From the human T2T-CHM13v2.0 reference genome, Homo sapiens: 64,000 bases of DNA. Below the pieces are notes generated by a model, which was given only the letters and a program-made list of their open reading frames with translations, searched no databases and was not told the origin of the DNA. How positions within the stretch are numbered: position 1 is the first letter of the stretch; each line of letters opens with the position of its first letter. Where the stretch lies: NCBI RefSeq assembly GCF_009914755.1, contig NC_060934.1, one strand, 5' to 3'. This document shows, in pieces, positions 19,461 to 33,000 of this stretch. The position numbers were made by a program, and so were the translations under genes.

Positions 19461-20519
19461 TAATTTTAAAAAGCAGAGAAATAAATAGAAAAGAGAGAGA
19501 AGGCAACTTTGAGCAAAACTTTTTTCTTAAAAAAAGCGTTTTTGGCACTTAGTTCTAGAAATGATAGAAAAACAGATGGAAAAGATGTTGGTACTGGAAA
19601 TTATTTTATCAGTCTGTTTTTATCCTGCTTGCTAAGAAAGGGCATGACTTTTTTATTATGCATCTAAGGATCTCTTTTACTTTGAGCCATTTTCACTTGG
19701 ACACATTATAGTTGAGTGCTGATATTACTGATGTGCTTCCTCCCCTAAATCCCCTTGCCCAACAGGGGTTAAGTCTTGTAGGCCTAAGTGTCTGAAAACT
19801 CTGCTCCTCTAACGTGAAAAATCAAACAAAAACAAATGAAACACCACCAGTTATCAGGAATCAGCGTTTCTCTGCAACAAAAGAAAATAGAGGATCATGT
19901 TCACCCACTCTGCTTTATTTATGGGAATTAAATTGGGTTTGGTGTACAGAATATCTCTATCTCAATAAAATTCAAGTGCTGCGCAGAAGATAAACGGAAT
20001 ATACTTTTAAATGAAATTGCTTTTCGTTTTGGCAGCAGGGTATTTGGTCATTCAGGAACTTTTGCACCTCTCACTTTTCACAGAAGGTCTTTTAGAGATG
20101 TATTTCAGCTAAGGAGCTCACCTCTATGAAAGGAGGACTGGGCCCCTAGGGTTAGCTCTTAAAGATTACTTCTAAGTCATTTCAAGCATTCTGAATATTT
20201 TTCAGTTATGTTCATTCAGACTGATTTGATATCCATGGGCAATATTATTTTGAGGTAACACTTCATAAGTATTAAAAAAAATTACTGTCCCCCCCATTTG
20301 AACTATTTAAAAAGAGAGTTAATGGAATGTAGAGTTACTTAATTTATGATAAAATTCATACCCTCCCATGTCTGAATATTTTCTAGATGTCTTAATAAAT
20401 TTATTTCTCCCTGTACTAAGTCCCTGAGCAACCTTCTATTAGAGTTACTTAATTACTAACTCATAAAGGCATCCATATAATTTCTTATTTCTATCTACCT
20501 TCAATATAAATTTCCACAC

Positions 20520-20757
20520 AGATAGATAGATAGATAGATATCTATATTTAGATAGACAGATGTCTTAGCTATATGCTAGGAGCTATTTACCTAAGTACCT
20601 AGCACATAGCTAGGACATCTGTCTATATCTATTTATGTATCTATCATCTGTCTATCTATTGTTATTCATATTTATATTTATATCTACAAATATAAGTAGA
20701 CAATGATAGACAGATATAAGTAAATAACGTGCCTAGATATAAGTAAAAAGAGTGCCT
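20520..20757. repeat. (TAGA)n-associated inverted repeats plus a 23-bp tandem duplication
   Basis: Arms 20552-20580 and 20598-20626 (27/29 complementary); direct repeat 20712-20734/20735-20757. Confidence 0.85.
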
Positions 20758-21335
20758 ACCTCTTTACTAGCCAAGCATGCAATAAGAGAGTGTTAATATT
20801 AATGATAATGAACACTTTACATTGGTACATCTAAGACTTAAGTATCTGGAGTTTCCTCTACTATATTTGACTTGTCTCTTTTTGCCACTGTCTTTACCAT
20901 TCAGATCTTAGTCATAAATCATTGCAGTCATTTCTCCTTATGGATAAGTTATCTTTAATGTATTCTCTAATAGGTGAAGCATTTATTTTTTATTTATCAT
21001 ATTGATCAGTTCTCTAACTTGTGGATTTCTTCATTTCACCATGTGAGTAGATTATATAATTTAAAGTCTCCTTAGGAAAAAATATGACTAAATAAATATA
21101 TTTAAAAACTTAATGGTTGAGCCATTTAATATTCAAATCAAGTTTACTATGTGACAAGTCCTATTAACTGGGCACACATTGTCTGTAAGGACAGCCAAGA
21201 AAAAAAAGAGAGTTACTGAAAAATGATTGATTTCATGATTGTACACATAACTCTAAGTGTTATTTATTAGGTAAACTGTTAATCTCCAGAAAGGCAGTTG
21301 CTAGGATTCTTGCATTCCACTATCCCTTTAGAGTA

Positions 21336-21628
21336 AGAGTGAGCAAACCATTATAAAACTCTTATTTTTGTAGAGTGGTTTTTACATTTTTAAATAGTTG
21401 AAAAACTCAACAGAAGAATAATATTTGAAGGCATAGAAAATTATATGAAAACCAAATTTCAGTGTCCATAAATAAAGTTTTATTTGAGAGCAGCTACACT
21501 TTATATATTGCCTATGACTGCTTTCTTACTACAGTGGTCAAGGTGGGTAGTTGTGACAGACCCTATAGCTCATAAATCTTGAAATATTTAATATTGGCCC
21601 TTCATAGAAAAAATTTGCCAATCCTCTG
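21336..21628. mobile_element. MER58B-like hAT-Charlie DNA transposon
   Basis: aaatttcagtgtccataaataaagttttatt and a terminal aaaatttgccaatcctctg. Confidence 0.8.
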
Positions 21629-21678
21629 TTATAATAAGAGCCATCGTTCGTGGAATTATTTTTACTGCTGTTTTAAAC

Positions 21679-22190
21679 AGTATTAGTTGGAACTCTCTTG
21701 TCTGTAAGTGACAGAAACTCAACTCAAATATATATAAATATAGCTTAAACAAAAGACGATTTATTGGTTCGTGTAGCTTAAAAGTAAATCTGGTAGCAAG
21801 CATGATCAGATTCAAGGATAGGCTCTTGACCCAATCAGAACCAAAGTGATCTTTTCCCTATCTGATAGGCAAATCCTAAGAGAAAGACGCTGACTAGACC
21901 CTTGTGTTGGTGATGTTAATCCAGCATGTCTCAGTCCTGGAGTTACCCCAAGTGGTGGCAAAGATGGCCTCTGGCCACTTTAAGTTACCAGTGGAAAGAG
22001 CCCACCTCTTTTCAAGTTGTTGCATTAAATGTCTCAAGGCTAACCCTTACTTTTCTAGATTGAGTGAGGTTCCAGTTACCACCAAGCATAATACCTGGAC
22101 TGCATGTTGTGGGGGATGTTTGTGCAAAGGAAAATTAGGAAGAAGGAGAAATGACTGTCAAGCTGGCAAATCCAGCAGATGGCCACTCTA
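21679..22190 (-). mobile_element. MLT1 (MaLR) solo LTR
   Basis: gtattagttggaactct...gtaagtgacagaaactcaactcaaa start; cagatggccactcta end. Confidence 0.65.
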
Positions 22191-22615
22191 GTAAGAAAAC
22201 AAGGTATTAGTTCTTCGCTTTCAATAGGTAAGAATACCTAATATGAAAAAGTTAAATGATTTATTTAAAATTACCTAGATGGAGAACACAAGCTGTGTAA
22301 TTCTACCACACCATGATGACTTTCTAAACAGTAGTTATTGAGGTCCCCAAGTGTATATTTATCAGCCTGATGGACTGTTTCTGAATGTTCCACAAATTAG
22401 CTTTCTCTGATGTCGTGTAAATACTCTTGTTAACTACACTGCCCAATACTCAAATCCGTCTTTGTCAAAATAACTTCAGACATTTACCAAGGCCCAAGGA
22501 AGAGAAACTTAGATAATAGATTAGTTTTGTGCAGAGGAAGGGAGCAAGGAAGTGGAGCAAAGTTTTTGAGCAGAAAGTGTCACCCAGTGAGAGAGCCACC
22601 ATGTCCATAGGACCC

Positions 22616-22742
22616 GTGTGTGTGTGTGTGTGTGTATGAGAGAGACAGAGAGACAGAGGGGGAAAGAGAGAGAGAGAAAGGGAGGAAGGAAGGAAGGAAG
22701 GAAGGAAGGAAGGAAGGAAGGAAGAGGAGAGGAGGAGAGGAG
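22616..22742. repeat. Compound microsatellite (TG)n-(GA)n-(GGAA)10
   Basis: Read directly. Confidence 0.95.
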
Positions 22743-24119
22743 ATGCTTGGCTTTTGAGAGGTAGGGGTAAATGTACACTAGAAGGGGGCTTGAGAAGAGC
22801 TGCTGGAAGACAATTTCTGCCTATTTCACAATTTTGCCCCATCAGGATCCTGGAACACTTCCCGGGTGTAGACTGGTCTTTATCCAGAGTATAAACTGGG
22901 AGTAGAATCAATATGCTAGGCATTTCCATTTGCATTAGGCAAACAATAAGATGATTTCTTAATAGATTTCTGAGGATAATGAAAGTGCACAGCTCAGCAA
23001 AGATGACTCACTTGGTGAGTTGGTTGTTTAATGCTGTCTCTTTATAAGTCATCACTCAAATCAAATTTCAGGTTATGCCAGTGTTTGGGGCCTCATCTCA
23101 GCTCAACTCAGGAAGAATTGTTGGTTCAACCCACTGGCCACTTGCCAAGTTTATCCTTTACCTTGGGAGAAGGTACTTGTCATCTATATGCATAGAACAC
23201 GACAATCTTGGGAGCTAACGCCAAAAGAAATAAAAAATTGTCATCTCTGTGGTTTTATATTCAGTTTCTAGATAAGCAAAATGCCTTAGAGCCTTCACTG
23301 TGATTTCAATCCAATTCCCAAACATTTAAAACAGCAGAGATATAATAAAGCAGACATTTAGCTAAACAGTGAGCTCAATTATGCTTTGCACAGACAACAC
23401 GAACTAGATGTTAAATAAATGCCAATATTTATCAATATTTATCAGTGTTTTCCATTTCCAGACTCCAGAATTTCAACTTCCCATAAATTCCTTAGGAGTA
23501 AAAGTATAACCATAATCAGAGCTTCTATTAATATTAATTTAGTTCTTGTGTATTTGAACTTTGACATTTCTTGAAAGAATATAATTCTTTTAAATCTGAG
23601 AAAAACCTTCAGGATCTATTAGACAAAGGTAAGTCTGGCACATTAAAATTGTAAACAGAGGTAAATCATGCTACAGTTCTATATCAAATTCTTTAGCCAT
23701 TCGCAGCCTCTTGTGTTAGTAGCTCCAGATTGATGGAGGAATTAGACTCTTTGAGAAAAGGAAATGTAATCAACATAGATTACTGTAATATGTTGGGGGG
23801 AAAATGATGTGTTTTTTTCTCTTTACTCTTTGCGTGTTATTTCCTCTCAAACTTAATAGTGGTGCACCCCCAGGCAGGTTAAAGAAAATGATTTCTTTGT
23901 CAATTGTCAGCTGTGATGAAACCAGCAAGGGGTTGGCAAAATAAGAGGGAATGTGAGCTCAAGACTTAATTAAGATGGAGGCTGAGCAGAGGCTGCTGAG
24001 AGGAGGAGAAAGAGGGCCTCCAGGATTCATTTTGCCATTCAGGAGCAATGTCATAAGAAAGAAGAGTTTGCACTGGGTACTGAGGAGCATTTGGGGATTC
24101 AAAATATGTGTGCGCAATA

Positions 24120-24695
24120 AGGATCAATTGTCCTTGCCTGCTTATCTCTTCTTCCATTAGCAGAAAACATGCCCTCCTCCTCTTCTCTCTGTCCATGTGG
24201 ATTACATAGAGTTGACCTCACCTCATTGTGTCACTCCTCATCAATCATAGTAGTCATATGGCCCTCCAGACCATTAACATAATCTATTCCCTTAGCTTCA
24301 GTGAATCATCAGGGAAAGGTGTCAACCCAAGTCATTCCAATGGGAGCTCTAGTGCTTCTTTGGATTTATTGAAAAAGATCTTGGGAAAGATCCAATAGAG
24401 TTTTTCCTATTTTCCCTCAGATTGCTGGTAGGTTGGAAGTTGGGTGCAATAAACTTTCTCATTTTCATGAAAGAGCCTACCTCAGAAGGAGACTAATATG
24501 GGAAAGCTAGACTTGAGTGACAGGCATCCACACGCATTCAAAGATACTAGCATTCTTTGCATTTCTGAACCAAACAATGCCTGGTTTTCCTTGACCATCC
24601 AGTTATATAAGCCAATAAATCTTCTTACATTTTAATCTAGTCTGAGCTGAGTTTTTGTTGATTTTTCTAATACTTGCAAGTGACCTGACTTACAC
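24120..24695 (+). mobile_element. MLT1-type LTR, degenerate
   Basis: agccaataaatcttct...tagtctgagctgagtttt...tgacttacaca 3' end. Confidence 0.6.
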
Positions 24696-26339
24696 AAGTT
24701 CTCTATTTTCATTTTCATCATAGGTTACAATAGAAAGTGTACAAAGAAAAAAGAAATATGAAAAAGATAAGGAAAGAATCTATATTTATATTTTGTGTCA
24801 AGTACCAGATACCCTTGAAATAATCTCCTGTTTGGGAAACCAAAAGAATAGATATTTTTTATAGCAAGATGTTTTTCTCTCCCTTGAAGCTATTGGGGGA
24901 GGATTATCATCTCAAGAGAATTTTCCCTTGCACACTTTATTACTCATCCCATCATCTAGTGCATTCTCGGTTTGAATTCTGATACTTTAAGATGCCCACT
25001 CCAATTTATGTTATGACAATCTAATCTTCAAAATATACTGTAAGTTCTGAACGACACCTGAGTTAAAACTGATTCATAGCTATAGAAAAGCTTATGAATA
25101 ATCACTGTTACAGTACACCTCTAATCACTGTTACAGTATGCCTCTAGTTCTTATTTTTTAAAGCCTCTCACTCATAACTATTCTTACAGAAATAACTATT
25201 ACAAATTTCCTCATATGTATGAACACAGCAAAGAAGTTCTGTTATCACACAATGTAGGTAATGAAGACTTACATATTGATGTATTCTTAAGCCTTCTACC
25301 TGGATATAGTATTTCTGTTGTTATCATTATTATTTTGAAAAGGAAAAAGATGAAAATGGATAAAATAATTGACCGGTTTTGAACAAAAGCCAACATTTCC
25401 TTGGAATCTGGTTCTTTTCCAAGAGCTATGAGTCACGAACAAATGAGATTATGAATCACTATCCCCAACACAGAACACATTTATAATAAGGTTATCTTTA
25501 GTTGCATTTTTTATATTAAAAATATTTTCTCAGAACAATTCAAAACTCTAACATAACCTATCTAATACTCTGGAGGATTTATTTTATCAGCTTGGAAGAA
25601 TAAAAGGCTAGTTAATAATGAGAATCTAAAGACACAGGTTTATCTTCTGGCTCTGAATAAATTGCTGAATGTCTCTGGATGTATTTCCTCTGTGAATGTG
25701 ATGCAGGACCAAATTGTACTTTGCACTTTGATTGTGTCCATGACAAAATGATATAGCTAATGAATATGGCTTACCTGATTTTGTGGTTAAGGTAATGGTA
25801 TTTAAGTACTACTTTTTGAAGAGCTGGATAGACAAGACAGTAACATATCTGTGAAAGCCAGACTATGTCTCCGTAACACTAAGCATCTTATTTAAAAATG
25901 AAAAAAAAACTGTTAATCCAGTTGTTTTCTAAACAATTCCCCTTCAATGAAGTGATTTAAAATTTCCCGCAATGCAGTGAATTTAACTGTAATAACAATA
26001 TTAAAGAGATTTTTCTCTGGTGAGGGTGATCCTCCTCAATATCAACCTCAATATCTGCTCAGGCATGGAATCACAACCCCAGGGCTTTTCAGCCTCCTGC
26101 TGACTTTATTGAATGATAGACAAGTTTTGCATACCCCTTATCTTCTGTTAATCTTGATGTCTCAGATGCTGTAGCCAGCCTCCTCCCCTATGCTTTCTTT
26201 GTCCATCATGTGAATTCCTTCTCTTTGGCATTCTTTACCTCCCTGGTGGTCTTTCTTGCTCTTGCTCTCATCTGTGGCTTCTCAACTTTGCTTTTGGACA
26301 TGCCCAAATTCCTTTGCTGAGCAAATGCTCTTATAATGG

Positions 26340-26530
26340 GAAGAGCACAGGATTTGTGTCCATGTGCTAGACTTTTATCTTGGCTTGTACTCTGCTCCCT
26401 GTTGGCTTTGTGACATCAAGCAAGGCATTTTGCTCATTGAACTGTAGTTTTCTCACATAGAAAATGGGGATAACAATGCTATTTGCCTTATAGAAAAGTT
26501 GGAGATGTTCAGTATAGTAAAAATATGTTA
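26340..26530 (+). mobile_element. MIR
   Basis: tgtgacatcaagcaag...tttctcacatagaaaatggggataacaat core. Confidence 0.75.
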
Positions 26531-27169
26531 TATTATAACAATGACTGGTTGACAAATGCAGAAGTCCAGTCCGTTATGCCCCACAATAGGTTGATCCTGC
26601 TATCCTGCAATGATTTAACACTTTGCTATTTATTAAATGTTCTGGAGCCATTTTCATTTCGGGTAGGAGCAGGTGGGGAGACTGTACCTTGGTTGCTTAG
26701 TATATTTACATTCCAGAAATATTGAGGGCTTTTCAGGAGCACTGCCTAGTTTGAGGGAGCATGTCTTTTCCTACGTGGATCTCCCAGTCAGATTTATCAG
26801 TTAGGTCCTATGGTCATAGTTACTAAATGTTTTGAGTGCAACTCCACATGTCAATAAAAGTACACCCTCTGCCTCCCTGATCTCATGACTAAATTTCCAT
26901 CCTGTTTTCATAGCCGAATTGTGACATTTGTTTGAAGAACCTTTCTTGGTAGCCCCATCCCCTTAATTCTTTGGTTTTCAAAATGGCTGCATACCAAAAA
27001 TTACCATGAATTTGAATTCCCTGTATCTCCTCCCCAACCAACAGAATCAGAATCTATCAAAGTGGGACTATTGTGTGTAATCATGCTCTTTTAGTTCATG
27101 ATTACTTCAGGACTTACTTCTCTTCAGGTCAAATATCCATTTACTCTCTTATTATCACTCAATCAGACA

Positions 27170-27360
27170 GGCATGCTGAGTTTATGAAACAATCTAGGGC
27201 ATTGCTTTGGTTTTATTATTATCTCTATTGTGCAGGTGTGGAAATGGAGACTCAGAGATGTTAAGTGAATTGCCTAAGATCAGATAAAGAGCAAGGGATA
27301 ACGGTGGACTCAAACCCAGGTCGTCTAGTGCCAAACCCCTGCTCTTTCACTATGCCACAG
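27170..27360 (-). mobile_element. MIR
   Basis: tgcaggtgtggaaatggagactcagagatgttaagtgaattgcctaagatc. Confidence 0.8.
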
Positions 27361-28769
27361 AAGACTCCTCCTCCTCCACTCATGGCATTTTATCTTTCTA
27401 ACATGGTTGACAAGTCCACAATCACTGTGCCCAGTTCAATGGGGGATTTTTATCCTCACCCCTCATCCTCTCTCTTCACCAACCATGGATTACCAAGCAT
27501 GTCTCAAGACCATCAAAGAAAAATGCCAGACCACTCTGAAGCAGGCCAAGGAAAAGAGATACATTACACAACACACCTTTCCTTCACCTTGTGTGATCAA
27601 AATTGCTTTTTCACTGAACATTTTCATACCAATTGGTCTAATAAATTGAAAGAATAGTATATTGTCTCATTTTGCCTTCTTTATTATATTAACTTTAATG
27701 ACTTCATATTTGTTTTTAATTAAAATTGTGTTGATATTAATTTTATGAAATTACTTAAGATGCTCCATAACCTTTGCTTGTGGTGATCTCATAATACTTC
27801 TAGTGCTAACAAACATGTTTCTTTTCAGATTCCGAGTTACATAATCATCTAGTAACCCATAAACTCAAATTAGTTAAATAAAAATAATAATAAGTTAGTT
27901 GGCATAACTTTACATACGGATTTGTAATTTATTTTTACCTAAAACCTCTTTCCCCTTTAGAAGTATTAAGAAGTCAACAATAGTCAATGAGTATAATAAT
28001 AAACGCTTAGGTGAATTAGCAGGGTGTAAAGGCTCTTTTGAAGATTACTAATAATTACAAAAGATACAATAGGTGAGTAGTGGTCGGAAAAATCAATTCT
28101 TTGATGATATAATTTCTCAGACATGAAAAATTCTCTGAACAATCTATATTCCCAAGTAAACTGCAGTAAGTACCACTTAGGGGACTAGGATTGATATTGT
28201 ACAATCTATCATATTCTTAGTGCAAAGCTAGTCAGATAAATTTTTCAGTAAATGCTTTTTGGTTAGTAGGAATATTTGTTATTCTATAGATAAAAGAACT
28301 GGTTAACTGAACTTTTAATTCTTCAGCTGAGTAGTACATAAGTAGGACTCAAGCAATGAGAAAACCAAAAAATTGCCTGCTATCCACTGTCTGTTCAACC
28401 TTTCTCTTCCTATTCATTCAGTGAAATCTAGGGTAGTTCCCATGACTTTCCTGGTGAGTATCAGAGAACAAATCACTCTTTGGCCTAATACTACTCACTT
28501 CAGCCATTAAAATGCCGGTTGTAGTAAAAGTAAAAACTCAAAACTCCATTCAAATGTAGAGCTCTTCCCCTCCCACAGCTTGGGGCTGTTGCAGACACGA
28601 AGCCTTCAATGGAAAGGAGAGAGTGAGTTTCTTCTCTATTTTCCAGCATGGTGTTTCTACTCCTCCCTCCACTCCTGCAAGACTGCTTTTGACAATTCTG
28701 GGACTCAAGCAGGAGGAAGGAGGAGAAGTCCAGCAACTGATGCCATTACCCTGTTTATAACCCCTAACA

Positions 28770-29183
28770 CTCAGTATAGGGTACCCATAGTTTCCATCTG
28801 CAAGTGCCATGACACTTCACCTGAGAGCTTTCTTTGGCTTATAGAGCCCATTCCTTCTACATTCACAGCAGGCCAAAACTGCTGAGCAAATAATGCTCCT
28901 TGGAGCAGCCCTCAACAGACGGCTGACAAGAATTGATGAAGACCCAGTTCCCTCAGTTGGAGTAACTCCAAAGTACATTCTTTACTGTGTCCCAGAGCTG
29001 AGGATTGAGCTCCACTTCCTATAGCTGTAACTTACTCAATTTCTTATGTGTTACCGGATTCCTTCTCTTCCCTGTCTCACTAACATTCCCCTGTCTATGC
29101 TTCTTGGGATCACCTCCCAAATAAACTATTTGTACTCGTATCTGTTTTAGTACCTGCTCCTGTGGAAACACCTAAACTAAAAG
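28770..29183 (+). mobile_element. LTR16-like ERVL solo LTR
   Basis: ggagcagccctcaac...; ttcttgggatcacctcccaaataaactatttgtactc...cctaaactaaaa 3' end. Confidence 0.7.
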
Positions 29184-29349
29184 AAGAAGAAAAGGGAAGC
29201 CAATATCTTATTTGTAAAATAAATACATAGTATTAGTTTCCTGTGGCTACAGCAGACAGTTAACTTTCTGTGATCTTGCTGAATTCTTAAAAGAATTCTC
29301 TTCCTTGAGGCATATATACAGATTCTTCAGGATCTCCATTTCTGGAACC

Positions 29350-32300
29350 AAAAAACACTCCCGATGATCCTACCAGGCAGGGAGACATCCACCTAGGTGC
29401 ATCTCAGAGAAGCACAGGGACTAGACTGGTTTGACCCAGGAAGTCAAGCAGCAGCTCTCCTCACCAAAAAAAGAAAAGAAAAGAAATGAAAAAGCCTCCC
29501 AACAACCCCAATCAGGCAGAGAAACTAGTATCTCTTGAAATAGGCTGGTATAAGCATAATATGTTTTATGTGAGGATCTTGGTAACCACAAAGGAAAATT
29601 CTTTAGTAGAATTACAAAACAAAAATAGAATGGATTTAAAGTGTACTGGTATAGTAAACCATAAAACCACAAAGTAACGGCAACAGAGGAAGAAACAAAA
29701 TATGTACAAAACAAGAACAAAACTAATGAAATGGTAGTAGTAAGTACTTCTTTATCAATAATTACTTTAAACATAAATTGATTAAAATCTCCAATAAAAA
29801 GACATAGACTGACTGAATAAATAAAACAAAAACAAGACCCAACTATATGTACTGGCCTACAAGTCACTCACCTCACTTTGAAGGACACACACACAGACTA
29901 AAAGTGAAAGATGGAGAAAAATATTCCACACAAATAGAAACAATGTAGCAGAGGTAGCTGTATTTATATCAGACACAATAGACTTTAAGTCAAAAATTGT
30001 AAAAAAGAAAAAAAGAAAGACATTATATAATAATAAAGGTGTCAATTCATCAACAGAATATAACAATTGTAAGTATATATGCACCCAACATTGGAGCACC
30101 TAAATATATAAAACAAATATTTAAGAACCCAAAAAGAGAGAGAGAGATTGCAATACAATAGCACTAGGGGACTTCAATACCCAACTTCCAACCATGGACA
30201 GATACTACAGAGAGAACATTAATAAGGAAACACCAGAATTGAACAACACTTTAGACCAAATGGAACTTAAAGACAGGTATAGAACATTCCATCCAACAGC
30301 AACAGAATATATATTCTTCTCAAGGGCACATGAAGATGCTACAGGATAGATTACATGTTAGGGCACCAAAAAAAACTTTGGTGAATTTAAGAAGATTAAA
30401 ATTATATCCAGTATTTTGTCCAACCAAAATGGTATGAAACTAGAAATCAATACCAGGAGAAATTTCAAAAAATGTAAAAATATATGGAAATTAAACAACA
30501 TGGTCCTGAAAAATCAATGGGTCAAGGAAGAAATTAAACTGGAAATTCAAAAATACCTTGAGATGAATGAAAATAGAAACACAATATGCCAAAACTTATA
30601 AAGCAAAAGCAGTTCTAAGAGGAAAGTATATAGCAATAAATACCTACATCAAAAAGTAGAAATATTTTAAATAAAAAGCCTAACAATGTAACACAAGAAA
30701 CTTAAAAGGCAAGAACAAACCAAGCCCAAAATTAGTAGAAGGAAAAACTAATAAAAGTCTGAGTAGAACTAAACAAAACAAAATAGAAACTTTTTAAAAA
30801 ATGCTAAGGGTCCACAAAACGAAAAGTTGACTTTTTAAAAAGAGACAAAATTGATAAACCAAAGCTATACTAACTAAGAAAAGAAGGGTAAAGATGCAAA
30901 AATAAAATAAAATCAGAAATAAGAAGGGAGACATTGCAACTGATAACATTGGAATACAAAATCATTAGAGACTATCGTGAATAATTATACACTAATGAAT
31001 TGGAAAAACTAGAGGAAATTAATAAATTCCTGGAAACACACAACCTGCCAAGATTGAGCCAGGAAAAAATGCAAAACCTGAACAGACCAATAATGAGTAA
31101 TGAGGTTGAATGAGTAAGAAAAAGTCCCCGAAAGAAAAGCTGGATGGTTTTACTGCTGAATTCTACAAAATCTATAAAGAAGAATTGACACAAATTCTAC
31201 TCAAGCCATTCTGAAAAAATGAAGAGAAGAAAACTCTTTCTAACTCTTTCCATGATGCCAACATTGCTCTGATACCAAAACCAGAAAGGAAACAACAACA
31301 ACAACCAAAACTACAGGCCAATATTTCTGATAAACATAGATGCAGAAATCCCCAACAAAATGCTAGCAAACAAAATATGACAACACATCAAAAATATACT
31401 ACACCATAATCAAGTGGAATTAATTTCAAAAATGCAAGGATGGTGCAACATACACAAGTCAATAAATGTGATGCATCACATCACAGAATGAAAGACAAAA
31501 ACCATGTGGTCATCTCAACAGATCCACAAAAAAAAATTGATAAAATTTAACATTATTTCAAGATTAAAAAATATCTCTCAACAAATTAGGCATAAAAGAA
31601 ACATACCTCAACATAATAAAGGCTGTATATGACAAACCCACAGCTAACATCTTATTGAATGGAGAAAAGCTGAAAGCTTTTTCTCTGAGATCTGGAACAA
31701 GCCAAAGATGCTCATTTTCACCACCTTTATTCAAAATAGTACTGGAAGTCCTAGCCAGAGCAATCAGGCAAAAGAAAGAAATAAAATGCACATATTATAT
31801 ATATCTATAATGCATATATATATGAAATAAAAGGCATATAACATATATATATATATACACACACACACACTAAAGACTCCACCAAAAATTTAGAGCTAAT
31901 CAACAAATTCAGTAAGTACAGTTGGAGGATACAAACTAAACATATAAAAATTAGTAGCATTTATATACTACTAGTATCTCTTGAAGTAGGCTGTATCTCT
32001 TGAAGTAGGCCAGTAACAAACTAGCTGAAAAAGAAATAAATCAAGCAATTTCATTTATAAGAGCTACAAAAAAATTCCCTAGAAATAAATTTAACCAAGG
32101 AGGGGAAAGACCTCTACAATAAAAACTACATAAAGCTGATGAAAGAAATTGAAGAGAACCCAAATAAAAAGACACTTCATGCTCATGGATTGAAAAAATA
32201 AATATTATTATAATGACCATACTATCAAAATCTATCAACAGATTCAATGAAAGTCCTTTAAAAATATCAATGCTATTCTTCACAGAAATAGAGAAAAATA

Positions 32301-33000
32301 ATCCTAAAATTTATATTCAGCCATAAAAGATCTTGAATAGCAAAAGTAATCCTGAGGAAAAGGAACAAAGCTAAAGGCATCACTCTGCTTGACTTTAATA
32401 TACACTACAAAACTGTAGTAATCAGAATGGCATGGTATTGGCACAAAAACAGACACATAGACCTATGGAACAGAATAGATAATACAAAAATAAATATACA
32501 TATTTACAGCCAAACTGATTTTCAACCAACTTGCCAAGAATATACCTCGGGGAAAAAGACAACCTCTTCAATGTATGTTGCTGGGAAAACTGGATATCCA
32601 TTTGCAGAAGAACAAAACTAAACCTCTATCTCTCACCATACAAAAAATCAACTCAAAGTGGATTAAAGACTTAAATGTAAGACTAGAAGCTATAAAACTA
32701 CTAGAAGAAAACAGGGGAAATACTTCAAGACATTAGGCAAATATTTTATGGCTTAGACTCTGAAAGCATAGGCAACAAAAAAAATAGACAAGTGAGACTA
32801 TATTAAACTAAAAACGTTCTTCACAGAAAATGAAACAATCAACAGACTGAAAAGTCAACCTGTAGAATGGGAGGAAGTATTTGCAAACTATTCATTCAAC
32901 AAGGGACTGACAAAGAAAATATAGGGAGAATTCAAACCCCTCTACAGAAAAAAATATACAAACAATCCCATTAAAAAGTAAGGAAAGAGTCTACATAGCT
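29350..33000 (+). mobile_element. Degenerate L1M(A): 5' piece fused to the inter-ORF region and ORF2
   Basis: EN/RT remnants (IWKLNNMVLKNQWVKEEIK; [16 protein letters not shown]); FADD region replaced by (TA)n/(CA)n at ~31790-31870. Confidence 0.85.

Noticed and set aside
22465-22935. 156-aa ORF
   Set aside because: Kept open by stop-free microsatellites (PSFL and HT repeats).
27265-27657. 130-aa ORF
   Set aside because: Begins inside a MIR with GTG; no recognisable protein similarity.
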